Origin: Chara braunii
Taxonomy: Eukaryota > Plantae > Charophyceae
Assembly (NCBI GenBank): GCA_003427395.1
Contig: BFEA01000027.1
Location: forward strand, 2,536,197-2,589,117
Reading direction: 5' to 3'
DNA length: 52,921 nucleotides
The translations under genes were made by a program, and so were the position numbers. The notes under the pieces were generated by a model. That model did no database searches. It was not told the origin of the DNA and was given only the letters and a program-made list of their open reading frames with translations. Shown piece by piece: positions 35,188-47,567 of this stretch (positions within the stretch are counted from its first letter, which is position 1; every line of letters starts with the position of its first letter).

Positions 35188-35351
35188 NNNNNNNNNNNNN
35201 NNNNNNNNNNNNNNNNNNNNNNNNNNNNNNNNNNNNNNNNNNNNNNNNNNNNNNNNNNNNNNNNNNNNNNNNNNNNNNNNNNNNNNNNNNNNNNNNNNNN
35301 NNNNNNNNNNNNNNNNNNNNNNNNNNNNNNNNNNNNNNNNNNNNNNNNNNN

Positions 35352-35383
<32 letters not shown>

Positions 35384-35445
35384 GCACACACACACACCCA
35401 AACACACACCCAAACACAAACACAAACACAGAAAAAAACACAAAC
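35146..35445. repeat. (CA)n microsatellite spanning assembly gap 35188-35351
   Basis: Direct inspection. Confidence 0.9.
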
Positions 35446-37412
35446 AAAAACCTGTAGGATCATTGCTTCTCACAGCAAGAATCCCAAACACTGCCCCTGT
35501 CAGAAAGCACGTGCACGCAGCCAGGTGCATTCTGACAGCGGCAAGCCTGGAATTTCATCTCCAAAAGTGGCGATCGCACCCTTCTCCAGTGTACAAAAGT
35601 AAGCACAGGCTCAAGCTGCAACTGAAAAGACAAGTGCACAAAATCGCCATCTGCACAACCAAAACTTGCATTCTTCTGTCAGCCAGCAACATAGCTCCCT
35701 CTATCCTCTGTCATACCTGCCACCATCCTGTGCCACACACACGCGTAGACACACATTCACGCTAGCTAACTCATCAGGAAGTGGAGACACACCCACCACC
35801 CAAAAGTGGCAGCTCCGAAAGTTGATGCATGTTTGGGCCTGCCAGGACCAGGAGGCTGTGGAGGTCTTGCTCATAGGCCGAACCAACCCACCACCCTCCT
35901 GTATATGAGCACAGAGCCGCGATGAGAAAAGAAGAAGTAAAGAGTGGCGCTTTGATCCATTGCAATGCCGTCTGAGAAAACCCTGCACCTTTTCCGCCCT
36001 TGCTCGATGGATTTCTTCGTATCTTGCACATCAACTTTGTGAAGTACTTCACAAACTTAATCAAACAACAGAGCCATTGAAAAAAAAAAAAGAAGAAAAA
36101 AAAAAAGAGTGGCCATAATGTAGAGTGAACTTGATCTCCTAAGAGAGAGGATATACAACCTTATATGCCTCTTCCTTAACAATGTCATGGATTCTCCTGA
36201 ATTTTACGCTGCCAATTCGATGGTGCAGAGCAAGACTACAACCAAAGCCTTCAACAGGGCTTGAAGCGACCTTCCTCCTCCTCCTCCTCCATATCTACAC
36301 ACAAGCACAATTGTGGCAACCCTCCCTTGCCACAGGACCAGTTCGGGAACTCGTACCGAGCCCTTCACCGACCAGAGATCTACTACAGCTCTGAGGGGCA
36401 CAATTGAAAAAGCTACACAATAGTACACATATGTTACACGGTAAGAGATCGTGCCAGAAGTGAAAAAGCTTCCGCTGTGAGGGGCAAATTAGTAAATTAC
36501 ACATTCACACACTGACATCTGAGAGGGCAGCCACATTGACGTCAGAAGGACAGCCAGCGCAGCCTGGTGCAGCCACTGGACAGGGGGCAGACGGCTTGCA
36601 CCTTGCACTCGATAGTCCGAACCGAAGACCTGAAGCTCCTGCTCCTCCCTCTTGGAGCAGTGGCAAGCAGGCCTGCCCACAGAATCTGGCCCCCTACTTT
36701 GGTAGGTTGACCTTGGCCAACAAGCCAATCATGCAGTCGTCAATGGAAACGAACCGGACCGGACTTCGATACGGATGTGGCAAACGCGCACATCATCTAC
36801 GGGCGATGGTCGATCTCCAGCCCCTGCGGTCGTAAAACTTTTGTTCCATCCCGCATCGCCCGGGTGTCATCATACCCCTTGCAGTGGCCATCTCCTAGAA
36901 TTAACAAGTCCCCTTGCTCTCCAGACAAACTTTTGTTCCTTCAACTTAAAATTTAAAATCTCTTACTCCTAGAATGAACAAGTCCCCCAGTCAGCAGTTG
37001 GATGATCCCTGCAGCACCCTGTAATCACTAGGAAGGTGCCAACCCCCCCCTCACATGGAATACAAGGGGCCATAATAATTTCTGACCACTACCTGAAAGA
37101 TTCACATGCACTGGCTTAAAATGGAATGGATGCCAGCTCATTAATAGGGGTAGTATTAGGGGGGGGAAAGAGGAATCCTTGCACACAAACAGTGCATGCA
37201 GGTTGAATGAATTTTTGGAGACAATGGATGAAGTAGGAGGACCTATACTGCTGACAACACATTCTGCATCATGGACAATGGATGAAGTAGGAGACAGTGT
37301 CACCGTGGACATTTTCTGGAAAATGAATGAAGTGGAGTTTGGACTCTTGAGTCTGTTTTGACTGTTTGAGAAAAATAATGACAGTGGAGTTTTTGAGTCG
37401 TGCTTTGTGTTT

Positions 37413-39449
37413 TTATCGGTCACTATCATTGTCAGACTGGTTTCTGAGATCCATACCTCGCAAGTCGTCTTCGCGAGGGTCTGTCCCGCCAATGAACATT
37501 CCCCTTGATGAGCTGTCTACTTCTCTTTCCGCGGCCCGTGCTCCTTCTCCTGCGCCTGCTCCTGTCGCAAGGTCCAGTTTCAGACCGCCGACTGGAGGGC
37601 CATCCACGCTCGACATGATAGATGAAGATTCCTCTAGAGGAATTTTGAACGGCGGATTGTCGACGCTCAGAACCAGCAACTCTTCCCTGGGCTCCAAGGA
37701 TGTAGAGGCAGTTCCACTCGCAGGTTTCCTAGCTGCCGCAGCCGAGGCCGTCAACACCGACTTCGTCACTTCATCACTTCCGCAATCCCTGTTCGGCTTC
37801 GTCGTGTCTACTCTCCCGAGCGATGGGTCCCTAGACAAACTACGCGGTGACCAACTTCCCCTTCCCTGGGGTGCTGGGTCAGTCTTTCCTTTTTCACTTG
37901 CCCCCACATCCTTCCTGATACTTCCATGTTCGCCCCCGCTCTTTCCTTTCGCACTTGGCCCCCCGTCCTTCCTGCTTCCAGGTTCTCTCACACCCTTCTC
38001 GCTTCCTTGCTTTCCCCCTTTTGCGCTTGTTCCTTCGCTATACGCTGTATCGTCATCAGCAGGACTTTCCGCCTTAAGATTGTCTGTTCGTGCAAAGGAT
38101 GGCAGCGGATCCGGATTTGCTTCCGCTGGCGCAGCCCTGGGCTCCGCTTTTTTCTGACTCGTGACATGCGGCATTGTCCCCTGCTGCTGGCCTCTGTCAC
38201 CATGGGCAGCTACTTTATCTTCTCGGCTCGTCGTGTTGCTGTGCCTTGCTGCTGAATTACCGTGTGCTGAGATGTCATCAGGCTGGTGCTTCAGGGTGCT
38301 ATCAGCTGAAAAGCCATCAGGTCTGTGCTTCAGGGAGCCATGAGGTGACAGTTGTGATTCAGTGGCAGCGGCTGTCGCCGCTGCGCTGCCTGCAATATCA
38401 ACTGCCCAAGGGTCTACTTCCCTGTCATTTTCGTGATTGCTCGCCCAAGGATCAGACAGGGAGTCAGACATCAGAGAACCATCATCATCAGCCCATGGGT
38501 CTGATGATGCATTTCCTGCCGGTCTCGCTTTGGGGTGCTTCTGCTCCGAAGCATCTAGAGACGCAGAACCAGTTGGATTTGTCGACTTGGAACCCTGTGT
38601 CGGTTTTGTTGCATCCAGGCTCTTTGAACCCCTTGCACCTGGGCCCACGGCCGTGGCTGTTTCTGGCGGCTTTGTACTCGGTGCCGGCGGAGTTCTGGCG
38701 TCCAGGCTCTTCGAATTCCTCGTACCTGGCCCAACAGCATCGGCTGTTTCTGACGACGTCATACTCTGTGACGTCATCGTGGCATCCAAACTGTTTGAAA
38801 CAATTGCACCTGGGCCAACAGCCTCGGTCATTTCTGGCCTCGTACCGCTCTTCTTGTCAAGCTCATCTGGTTCTGCGCTTCCCAAGTCCTTTGAAGCCTT
38901 TCCTGTAGATTCCACAGCTTGCTTTGTGGACTCTGATGACTTCGGTTTTACCCCTGTGTCGGGCTTTGATGCCTTTGCGTTAGCCTCCGCCGACATTGCT
39001 GGCGACCTTGCTGCACCATTCTCAGCTTTGGGTCTCGCTTCTGTTCCTTTCGATGAGGCCTTCATTGTCGAGGGTACCGTGGTGTCTGCAGGTTGTTTTG
39101 GAGATACATCTGACTTACTCACCTCCTCTAGGAAAGACTCTTTCGACGGAGATGATTCCGCAGTGCCGCTGCTGTCGTCCTCGGCTTCCGCCACAACAGC
39201 TGCAACAGACACGGCTGCCGCTTCCGCAGCACCATCCACTCTCGAGTCATCGTCATCAGATTCTGACTCAGGGATGCTTCCATCCAACAGAAGAATTGGC
39301 CGCCGCACAACCTCCTCCCTCATCGGCCCACTTCGATAGGCTGGCTGACGCTCAACATCATCAAACGAACGTTGAATTGAACGCACTGGCGTGGCAAGGC
39401 GTGCATTGTGGTGCTTGATGACCCTCAGCAAATCCAACATCAATCTTTC
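37413..39449 (-). CDS. MSL2: MscS-like channel (MSL2/MSL3-like), terminal exon with long low-complexity C-terminal tail
   Basis: Acceptor CAG|GAA, then ERLMLDLLRVIKHHNARLATPVRSIQ and RPILLLD, resembling plant MSL2/3 motifs LLDLLRVISHHRARLATPIR and RPLMLIE. Open to TAA at 37413. Confidence 0.85.
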   Translation of the reverse strand, partial: ERLMLDLLRVIKHHNARLATPVRSIQRSFDDVERQPAYRSGPMREEVVRRPILLLDGSIPESESDDDDSRVDGAAEAAAVSVAAVVAEAEDDSSGTAESSPSKESFLEEVSKSDVSPKQPADTTVPSTMKASSKGTEARPKAENGAARSPAMSAEANAKASKPDTGVKPKSSESTKQAVESTGKASKDLGSAEPDELDKKSGTRPEMTEAVGPGAIVSNSLDATMTSQSMTSSETADAVGPGTRNSKSLDARTPPAPSTKPPETATAVGPGARGSKSLDATKPTQGSKSTNPTGSASLDASEQKHPKARPAGNASSDPWADDDGSLMSDSLSDPWASNHENDREVDPWAVDIAGSAAATAAATESQLSPHGSLKHRPDGFSADSTLKHQPDDISAHGNSAARHSNTTSREDKVAAHGDRGQQQGTMPHVTSQKKAEPRAAPAEANPDPLPSFARTDNLKAESPADDDTAYSEGTSAKGGKQGSEKGVREPGSRKDGGPSAKGKSGGEHGSIRKDVGASEKGKTDPAPQGRGSWSPRSLSRDPSLGRVDTTKPNRDCGSDEVTKSVLTASAAAARKPASGTASTSLEPREELLVLSVDNPPFKIPLEESSSIMSSVDGPPVGGLKLDLATGAGAGEGARAAEREVDSSSRGMFIGGTDPREDDLRGMDLRNQSDNDSDR

Positions 39450-39755
39450 CTGAGAGCATCAACGAGATACATAGGAATGGGTCAGATGGGGGTCGCAAGC
39501 CATGCCACTCGGAAACCTGATCACTCCGAGAAAATCCAATACGAGTCTTTCCTGACAACAGCAGACATCTGCAGGTCAGCATCATCAAATGTACGGCGTT
39601 GAATTGAATGCACCGATGTGGCAAGGCGCGCATTGTGGTGCTTGATAACCTTCAGCAAATCCAAGATCAATCTTTCCTGAGAGAATCAACAACCTATGGA
39701 TAGGTCAGCAAGGGGGGTTGGTTTGCAAGCCATGCACTTAGAAGTTTTCGGTCGC

Positions 39756-39892
39756 GTCCTTCGGGACATCTGTTAAAATTGGAACGATACAGAGAAAGAA
39801 GATTAGCATGGCCCCTGCGCAAGGATGACGCATAAATCGAGAAATGGTCCAAATTAAAAAAAAAAAAAAAAATAATAATAATAATAATAAAA
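39756..39892 (+). pseudogene. U6: Near full-length U6 snRNA retrocopy with poly(A)/(AAT)n tail
   Basis: GTCCTTCGGGACATCTGTTAAAATTGGAACGATACAGAGA(AAGA)AGATTAGCATGGCCCCTGCGCAAGGATGACGCATAAATCGAGAAATGGTCCAAATT matches plant U6 apart from small indels. It ends in an A-tail rather than a T-run. Confidence 0.9.
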
Positions 39893-39939
39893 TCGCTCCA
39901 TCGCTCAAAATTGGAACAATACACAGAAGATTAGCATGG
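39893..39939 (+). pseudogene. U6: Older U6 fragment
   Basis: CAAAATTGGAACAATACACAGAAGATTAGCATGG. Confidence 0.75.
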
Positions 39940-40042
39940 TAATCTTCAGCAAATCCTAGAGAATCAACAAGCTATGGATGGGTCAGCGAGGGGGGTTGGT
40001 TTGCAAGCCAGGCACTTTTAAAAGTTTGATCGCTCCATTGGT

Positions 40043-40096
40043 CAAAATTGGAACAATAAGATTAGCATGGCCCCTACACAAGAATGACACGCATAG
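40043..40096 (+). pseudogene. U6: Older U6 fragment (duplicate)
   Basis: CAAAATTGGAACAATAAGATTAGCATGGCCCCTACACAAGAATGACACGCATA. Confidence 0.75.
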
Positions 40097-41738
40097 GGGG
40101 GGGGGGGGGGGGGGGGNGGGGGGGGGGAAGAAGGGCGATATGAGTCTTTCCTGACAACATTAAGCACACACGGGGAGACTCTACGCCTATTGAAACATCC
40201 AAACATTACGCATTAACAGCTGAGGGAAGATCATGAACCACATGCAGTATAGCGCACAATATGGACACCGTGGAAATGTTCAATCAGCACATGCAGAATC
40301 TAATAAATCTATAGTGCAACTGCGTTCCCGCCTGGTTTGCACATTCTCATTCTTTTGTGCTTCCTTCCTTCCTGTGTAGCACACCGAACGTTTTTCGGGG
40401 CTTTCCCGAACGCCCGAACATGTTCGGGTCTTCGGCCAAACGCCTCCCGAAGGACCCGAATGTGCTTTGGCCGAACATTTTTTTTAATGATAAAAAAAAG
40501 AATCAAAAGATATATATTTTTTTAGGTTTTTGATTTTTAACCAGAGTTTGGTTACGAATTTAAACCATACCTCTCAGGCAAAAGTTGTTTGTATAATTAT
40601 TTTACATAACATTTTTTTTTCCAGATTTTTTATCATTTTTCTGAGTTCTTTTTTTAATACATTTTTACGTTCGTGTTCAGAGCGGTTTGGCGCTCGTTCA
40701 GGTTTGGTCATCGAACGCGAACACGATGCTATGCAGCTTCCTTTGGTCATCTTCTGCCACCTTCATTCCCATCTCATCGCCTTCCCCCCATTTCTTACCT
40801 TCCCTCTTTCCCTTCCTCCCTTTCCATCATGCAAAAACCTGTTTTCCCTCAGCACAAATAGCTGAGGAAACAATGATGTTCCATATGCAATATTTTGCAC
40901 AATAAGCAAACGGCAAAAACGTTAACTTGTCAGATGTGGTGTCAGCAGTGTGACTATGTTTTTTTGTGCTTCCTTTCTTCTCTTTCCTTGTATTCCACAA
41001 CCTTCCATCACCTCCTTTCCCAACCCTGTCCTTTTTCCTTCTCTTTCCCTTTTTTTTTTTTTTTTTTTTTCTTAATCTCTTTCCTTTTTTTTCACTTTTC
41101 CTCGCCTCCTTTCTGTCTCACTACATTCCTCCATTCCTACCCCTTCGCATTGCGCTCCGGTCTACCCCTTCTTACCTCCCTCCACTCCCTCCGCCTTCCC
41201 GCCTTTCCCTGTCTCCCTCCCTCCCTCCCTCCCTCCCTCCCTTTCATGCCTTCACTCTCTTCCTCCGATCTCTCCTTGTTGTCCCTCTCTCGCTCATCCC
41301 TCCCTTCCTTCCCTGTTTCCCTCCCTCCCTCACACACTTTCATGCCCTCGCTCCCTCTCTCCCTTCTCGCCCTCGTGTCGCTCTCCCCCACCACTGCTTC
41401 TCTTACGCTCGTGCCCTCCCTCCGTCCATGTGCTCTTTCTTTTCTTTTCTTCTGCTTGTTTCTACTGTTTCCCCCCCCCTTGCTTCCCTTGCTTCTTTGT
41501 CTATTTTTCTCCTGTGCAGCTGCCTTAGACTCAGGGGTTTGCGCTTCGCAGCACCTCAACCCAAATCTCGTTGCCGTGGTAAAGCAACGGTGATGTAGCT
41601 GATTGCCTAAGACATGAGGCCCCACATTGTTCTCAGTCACACATCAGCTCATACACGTCTTGTAAGAATGGTGCGGAGCCAAGGCCATAGTTAAACAAGG
41701 ACGGGCTTCCATAAACTGCCGCAGAGAGCGAAGCTCAC

Positions 41739-41795
41739 CTTCACTCGAAGAAATTCTTCATAATGTGGGGTCTTCACAAAGCAGGAGACCATGAT
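41739..41795 (-). CDS. MSL2: MSL2/3-like exon (IMVSCFVKTPHYEEFLRVK)
   Basis: AG/GT boundaries, phase 0; resembles the MSL2/3 motif ISCFVKTSH.EEYL.VK. Confidence 0.88.
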
Positions 41796-42794
41796 CTGTA
41801 CGGGGCAGCAAATGTTTGTGACCACGAAACAATCCACAACCTCACAATAAGTCCTCGAAAACCATACACTTTCCTTTCCCTTTTTCAATATTTCCAAGTT
41901 CACATCGCCACTCGCAGAGACCCGCGCAAGCTAGAGACCCTCGTGAAGTCACGGCAGGGTTTCCAGACAGCGATCTGCAGCAGTCTCATTCCTTCCTTCA
42001 AGATTCCGCCCAACTTGCTCTTCCGTTGCGCAAGGCTCTGTGAGCGTTGATCACCTTTTCAACCTAGCACCGTTAAAATTTTAACCGAGGCAAGTCGATT
42101 GCTGACATGCTGGTTAAAAGTTCAAACTGTTTCCATATTTTCATGCTAAGACAGCACGGACCTGGCCATTTTTAGGGCTAAGTTCATGCTTTCTAAGCAC
42201 GAACTTAGCACCAGCGGGCCTTGCACCTTGGTAATGGAAGCGGTGGCAATTTGCCGATGCCGAACACTAAGGTACTCGTCTTTATTCAGGCCCAAAGGGC
42301 AACAAATAGTTTTTTTCTTTTTTCTTTTTTTAAGCAGAAAGGACTTCAAAGGAGGCAAAACTGTGAGTAATTTTTGAGGTACTCTCTTCAATACCATGTG
42401 AAAACGCACCATTCTATTCCAACTGCAATCCACGAAATCTCCTCAGGGGCTTAAACAGCATGTGAAAAGTTGAAAACACAACATCTCATTCCAACTGCAA
42501 TCCATGAGATCATCGTAGGGCATATGATTTCAACTTCTACTGCTTCATCAACCATTTTTTTTGTACAATGCAATCGCTTCTGCCATTTTTTTTGTACATT
42601 GACGAAACTGGACAGATGTATGCATGGCTGGCGTTGGAAGACCCCTCAAGGATAAATACAAACACGTATTCTTTCTTTTTTTCTCCCCCCCCCCCCCTCC
42701 TTCTGCATTCACACTCCGATTATTCACACTTGTCTTGCATGCAAACAGCGATACAGCAACTGGCGACATGCGCCCTGACAGTACTTAAGATATC

Positions 42795-43563
42795 GTAACC
42801 AGATATGAGTTCTCTTCAACTGGCTATGGCGACTGGGCGCCCACACAACTCACTGTTCGCACTCTGGATCACCCTGGATGTCCCACACGCAACACTCAGT
42901 ATCATACGCAACACACACACACGCTATGCTACAGCTATGGCAGCGCTAGCTGCCACTACCTATCGCAACACTACACTTCTCTGCCCACTTCGTCTTCGGG
43001 CACACTGCAGACCTCCTCGCACAAGCTGCTAAGGCAGCGCTTCCGCATGGCATCCGCAGGAATGAATGAATGGCTGGACGCAGCCTCTTGATTTATACCT
43101 CTGCTGCGTTGGTCTGCCCTGTATCCCTGGCCCATGGTGCACACAGTCCCCCCCGTGGTACTTGCTGGACCGGACTGGTACTTTCTAGACTCTCCCATGA
43201 CTGCCTGGTGACTACCCTACGATGCAGTGCAGTTGCACTGGGGTCCTACTATTTGCCCTTGCCACTTGTCCTCGTCTCCAACATGGGCTTGCTTTAGTCA
43301 CACCACTTGCCCACTTGCCTGCACCACTTGACCACTTGCCAACCTTCTAGAAGGACTGCAGCTAGCCTTCTAATCTACAGGTCTACGGATCGAATCCTGG
43401 CTACCTATAGGCCTACGACAGACCTACCTACCCCTGGCGGTTCTACAGGTCGCAGGTTCAACTCTTCGAGTTGACGCAGGTATTGTACACAGGTAAGTTG
43501 GGGAACTAGGGATCGAGCCCTGGGATCTACCTCAGCTACCACGAATTGGTGAATACCGTTTCA
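42795..43563. mobile_element. Possible degraded solo LTR in the MSL intron
   Basis: Block starting CGTAAC and ending GTTTCA (TG..CA-like) with internal CCACTTG repeats. No TSD found. Confidence 0.3.
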
Positions 43564-43865
43564 CTTCTTCTCCTAAGTTACTTTAGCATTTCCGGAACTA
43601 CCTACCGTTTCCGGAAACAGAATCGAAAAAACTGAATGTCGATGTGCAATACAAACACCATTTGGCTGCAAGTCAACGTCAAACTCCTTACAGAATTGAA
43701 ACTTTTTGAAAGTAAAAAAAAAAAAAAAAAAGGGTACATCCTTGGTTTAGAGTCTAGACAGATCTGACCATTGAACCTAGATCCGCCGAACTTGGTCCAG
43801 ACCTGAATCACTCTCTGGATACGCCATACGTTCCCATAAGCATGACTGACCTCTCAGTGTATCGC

Positions 43866-44141
43866 AACCATACAGTGTGAAAGTGCGCCATGCACGTAGA
43901 CATGTATGTTGTGTATATACATTCACGTTCAGGTAAGTCGAGAGTACACCAAGAAAGACAAACACTAAGATGAGCGCTCGGGTCACAGCGTAAAAAGGGC
44001 AGATAGCTCTAAGAACATGGTGTATCACAACCATACAGTGTGAAAGCGTCATGCACGTAGACATGTATGTTGTGTATATACGTTCACATACAGGTATCTA
44101 TGATGGACATCTAAAAAGGTCAGATAGCTCTAAGAACATGG
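43866..44141. repeat. ~160-bp tandem duplication, second copy shortened
   Basis: CAACCATACAGTGTGAAAG..CATGCACGTAGACATGTATGTTGTGTATATAC..CAGATAGCTCTAAGAACATGG occurs twice. Confidence 0.8.
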
Positions 44142-44609
44142 GACATTGGGACAAGATAAGGTGTCTATGATCTGTGGCTACTGGAGAGGGGGCAAACGAT
44201 CTTGGTTCCATCCAGCCTTGCGCGGAATTTGGGACCGTACTTCCCACGCATCAGCTCCATGTACCCAGTCTAATTCCCACCACCTTCCTGGGCCCTGCCC
44301 CTTTCCCCCCAACCCACACTCACCACAAACCACAAAAGAGGGTTAACCACGGTCACACACTCATCTTCCAGAGCATGGACTGCAAAGCTCATTTCAGCAT
44401 ACATATGTCTTTTGAAAACGGCAAAGTACCCCCTATACCACCCCTATACCCCCTTTACACCCCCCATGTCATCCTTTGGGCTGCCTTCTTGGTGTTCTCC
44501 ACTTGGCGAAGGGGGAAGGGAAAGGGGAAAGGGAGGAGGAAACGGGGAGGAGGAGGGGGGGATCTGCCTCCAATTGAGAGTTAGAAAAGCTGAAAGAGAG
44601 AGAACTCAC

Positions 44610-44723
44610 CATCAAGGCTTGGTTTTCAAAGCTTACATCATCAAAGAACACCCTCCTGTGCAAACGTTGCTGCTCCACTTGTGGGTCCTTCGCAATGATC
44701 TTCCTCATGTCGGCCACAATGTC
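44610..44723 (-). CDS. MSL2: MSL2/3-like exon (DIVADMRKIIAKDPQVEQQRLHRRVFFDDVSFENQALM)
   Basis: AG/GT boundaries, 114 bp, conserved MSL2/3 motif. Confidence 0.92.
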
Positions 44724-46395
44724 CTGGGCATCGGACGATGCACAACACAGAGCAGCAGCCAATGGAGAAGCAAACACCAACTGTAAGCACAAACAGGGTG
44801 ATGAATAATCTAGGGAAAAAAAAAGACACCATCTGAACGAAATTCATCCAACCATAGCAAGATGCCGACAGAGTCATCATAATAAAGGGATTTAAGGATG
44901 GGAGATGGGGGGAGACAAGAGGTTGACCACATCTGCAGTCAAACCTGCAGTCAAACCTGTATAAAAGGAGAGAAGGAAACCTCAACAACAAGGACTACCC
45001 CCCCCCCCCTTCTTTCGAATAACAACAACACTTCCAACATCCCTTGGCCATCGTGGTGGAAGCACGGGAAAGAAAAAGAGAGATTGAGGCCATACTCACA
45101 CTAGGGACCTTCTGAACTAAACTAGGCTGTAATCGAAGAATCATCCTAATGCTCGAGTATGCCCCGAGAGCGCTGGACTCTTGCTTCTTACTTCTCGCGA
45201 CTCTAAACTTTCACTTCGCTTCGACGGTGTCTTGCCATGGGGAGAAAAGGCATTTGAAGTTTTTGTTCAAAGGTTGCACTTATTTCAACTTACTCGAAAG
45301 CCGGCACGAGTACGAGAGCAGACAGGGCTGTAGCTATTTTTGGAGACAGAAAAAAAAAAAAAACCTGGGTATAGCTAATGCAAATGTGTCCGTGTGGGTA
45401 ATGCAAATGTGTCCTTGGTGTGACCCGTAGAGTAGACGTATAAAAGACGTAGGCTGCAAACAAGGGGGTTGGGGGTGTTGTTTTTTTTTAGGGGGGGGGA
45501 GGGAGAGGGGAGGGGGAGGGATGCAAATTGATTGATACATGGCATATAACCATCCGCATGTATCTGCATAGCTGTGCATATCGTTCGACCATCCTGAAAC
45601 CGCAAGAACCAGGTAAGCATCTGGGCCAGGTTCATCCAGGCCGAGCACATACATCCGAGCCCTTTCACGTAAAGAGTCGGTAAGATCCTCGAGGGCGGTG
45701 GTCTTTGACCCCACTCCTCAACTCTGTGTGCCATACCAGCATGAACCTGGCCCCAAATGCATATCCAGTTCATCCCATCCTAGCATGACAACAGCCCAGA
45801 AAGGTCATCGCTTCCCACCCACACTCTGCACAGACATGTAACATCGGATTCCTGCTTTGGCGGAGCGAGGGGGGGGGGCGTTCCTAGCAGTCTCTCAGGT
45901 CGCTTGTCTCCAGTCCCCTCCTCATGGCCAACAAAGCATGAATGTCCATCTCTCACTATATCCATTCTGGCTCTATGTGGTTCCATTCACTCCACCAGCC
46001 TTTGCACTTCACATGAAGCAGATTGGAACTTCTTCAACTCATAATAAACCAAGCCAAGAGAAAACTAGCCTCTTTTCCCGACTGTCGTCCGTTTCGAAGA
46101 GCCATCCCTTCCCCTCCCCCCGTCTCGTGTTTCTTCCATCCCCCAAACCCAAACAAGCGGCAAAACACAAGACGTCGTTTCGGGTTACCTCCTTTTCCCC
46201 TAACACAACGTGCCCTCATGATGATCGTCACGGACCTGAAACATAAGTTATATACATCACGATGAGGGTGTGTTGCGTTACATCATGACGAGGGTGCGTT
46301 GTGTTCGGGGAAAGATGGAAGGCATGAAAGACACACCAAGGGAAAAAGATGAAAGCAGAAACAAAACCAATGGTGGGGGACCACCAGCCACTCAC

Positions 46396-46563
46396 CGCAA
46401 TCTTCCCCACATCCAAATGGCTAATGCCAAATTTGGTCTTGACGCGCCAATGGGTCTTCTGAGAGAGATTTCGCAAAACGCTAACACTGAACTTGTGATT
46501 TGGTATATGCACAGCCTCACGATCATCTCCTCGCACGACGGTGGGGGCCCACCAACCCACATG
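46396..46563 (-). CDS. MSL2: MSL2/3-like exon ([43 protein letters not shown]...)
   Basis: AG/GT boundaries, 168 bp, MscS IPN motif. Confidence 0.93.
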
Positions 46564-47360
46564 CTGAGACACAGAAAGGCCAAGACAGTAGTTAGAAATT
46601 ATAGAAATACAGTATCCATCCCATGCCCATTCTCTTTCCTTTCTTTTTTTCCCCGTTTTGATTCGGGGACCATTTCTCATTCCGTATCTCATCCTTGCAC
46701 ATCGGCCATGCTAATCTTCTGTGTCGTTCCAATTTTAATGGAGGCCATACTGATGCTCATCCTTGGTTTTTCCTTCCTCATTCCAGCCCCCTTTCCTTCT
46801 TGAAGCCCCTTAAATTCATTTCATGCATCAGGCCACCATAAGGGTCATGCATTCGCTTTATTGCTTCTGAAGTCTGAACGTGATATCTGCAACCTGCACA
46901 CGTAAATGCGTCAAAGGCATTCACACACTTGACAGCAGCCGTTGATGGCTTATAAGTTATAAGTTATACCCCCTTTCTTTTTCTTTTTTTTTTCTGGTCA
47001 GATCACAGGTTATTTTTTGTTTTTTGTTTACGGAATTCACCTCCCCCCCCGCCCCCGCCCCCCTCCTTCCCGCTTTCTTTTTCTAAACACGGAGACAGCT
47101 TTGCAAGCTAAAGGTAACTCAGAGTTATCTCGTTGCATCTGGACATGAACTCAGGTCATGAACTGTTGAAATACACACCCGAGTTCATATCCCTTTCGTC
47201 CTCCTTGTTTTTTTTTTCATTTTTTTGTTTGTATGAGTTGTTTCCTTTTTCCCTTTTTTTTTGTTTTCCAGCGTGCTCGCCTGAGTCACAAGTAGATTCT
47301 TTTGGTAAGAACAACGCCCATGGCTCTTGACACCCTCTGAGGAGGCACAAAGAATTTGCC

Positions 47361-47478
47361 TACCATCTACTCCCGAATAGAACACTCAGTCATTATATCA
47401 CTGTATCAGGATTGAAAGTTGCCCCAAATACAGTTTTAAATTTTAATTACCATGCATTCTATTTGGGTGTAGACGGTA
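47361..47478. mobile_element. TA-flanked Tc1/mariner-pogo-type MITE (degenerate copy)
   Basis: TA|CCATCTACTCCCGAATAGAA ... TTCTATTTGGGTGTAGACGG|TA. Confidence 0.65.
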
Positions 47479-47528
47479 GTCTTCAGGGGTCAGGACTTCG
47501 TAAATTCGAAACAAGGACTACCCTTTTT

Positions 47529-47567
<39 letters not shown>

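Noticed and set aside
33000-37350. Short ORFs between the MITEs and the MSL stop codon
   Set aside because: No recognisable domain or consistent exon chain; a translated database search would be needed.
37366-39339. Long plus-strand ORFs (263, 244 and 300 aa)
   Set aside because: Antisense shadows of the MSL terminal exon with no recognisable domain.
39756-39855. Functional U6 snRNA gene
   Set aside because: Indels next to the ACAGAGA box and in the 3' stem, an A-tail instead of a Pol III T-run, and no recognisable USE/TATA promoter upstream.
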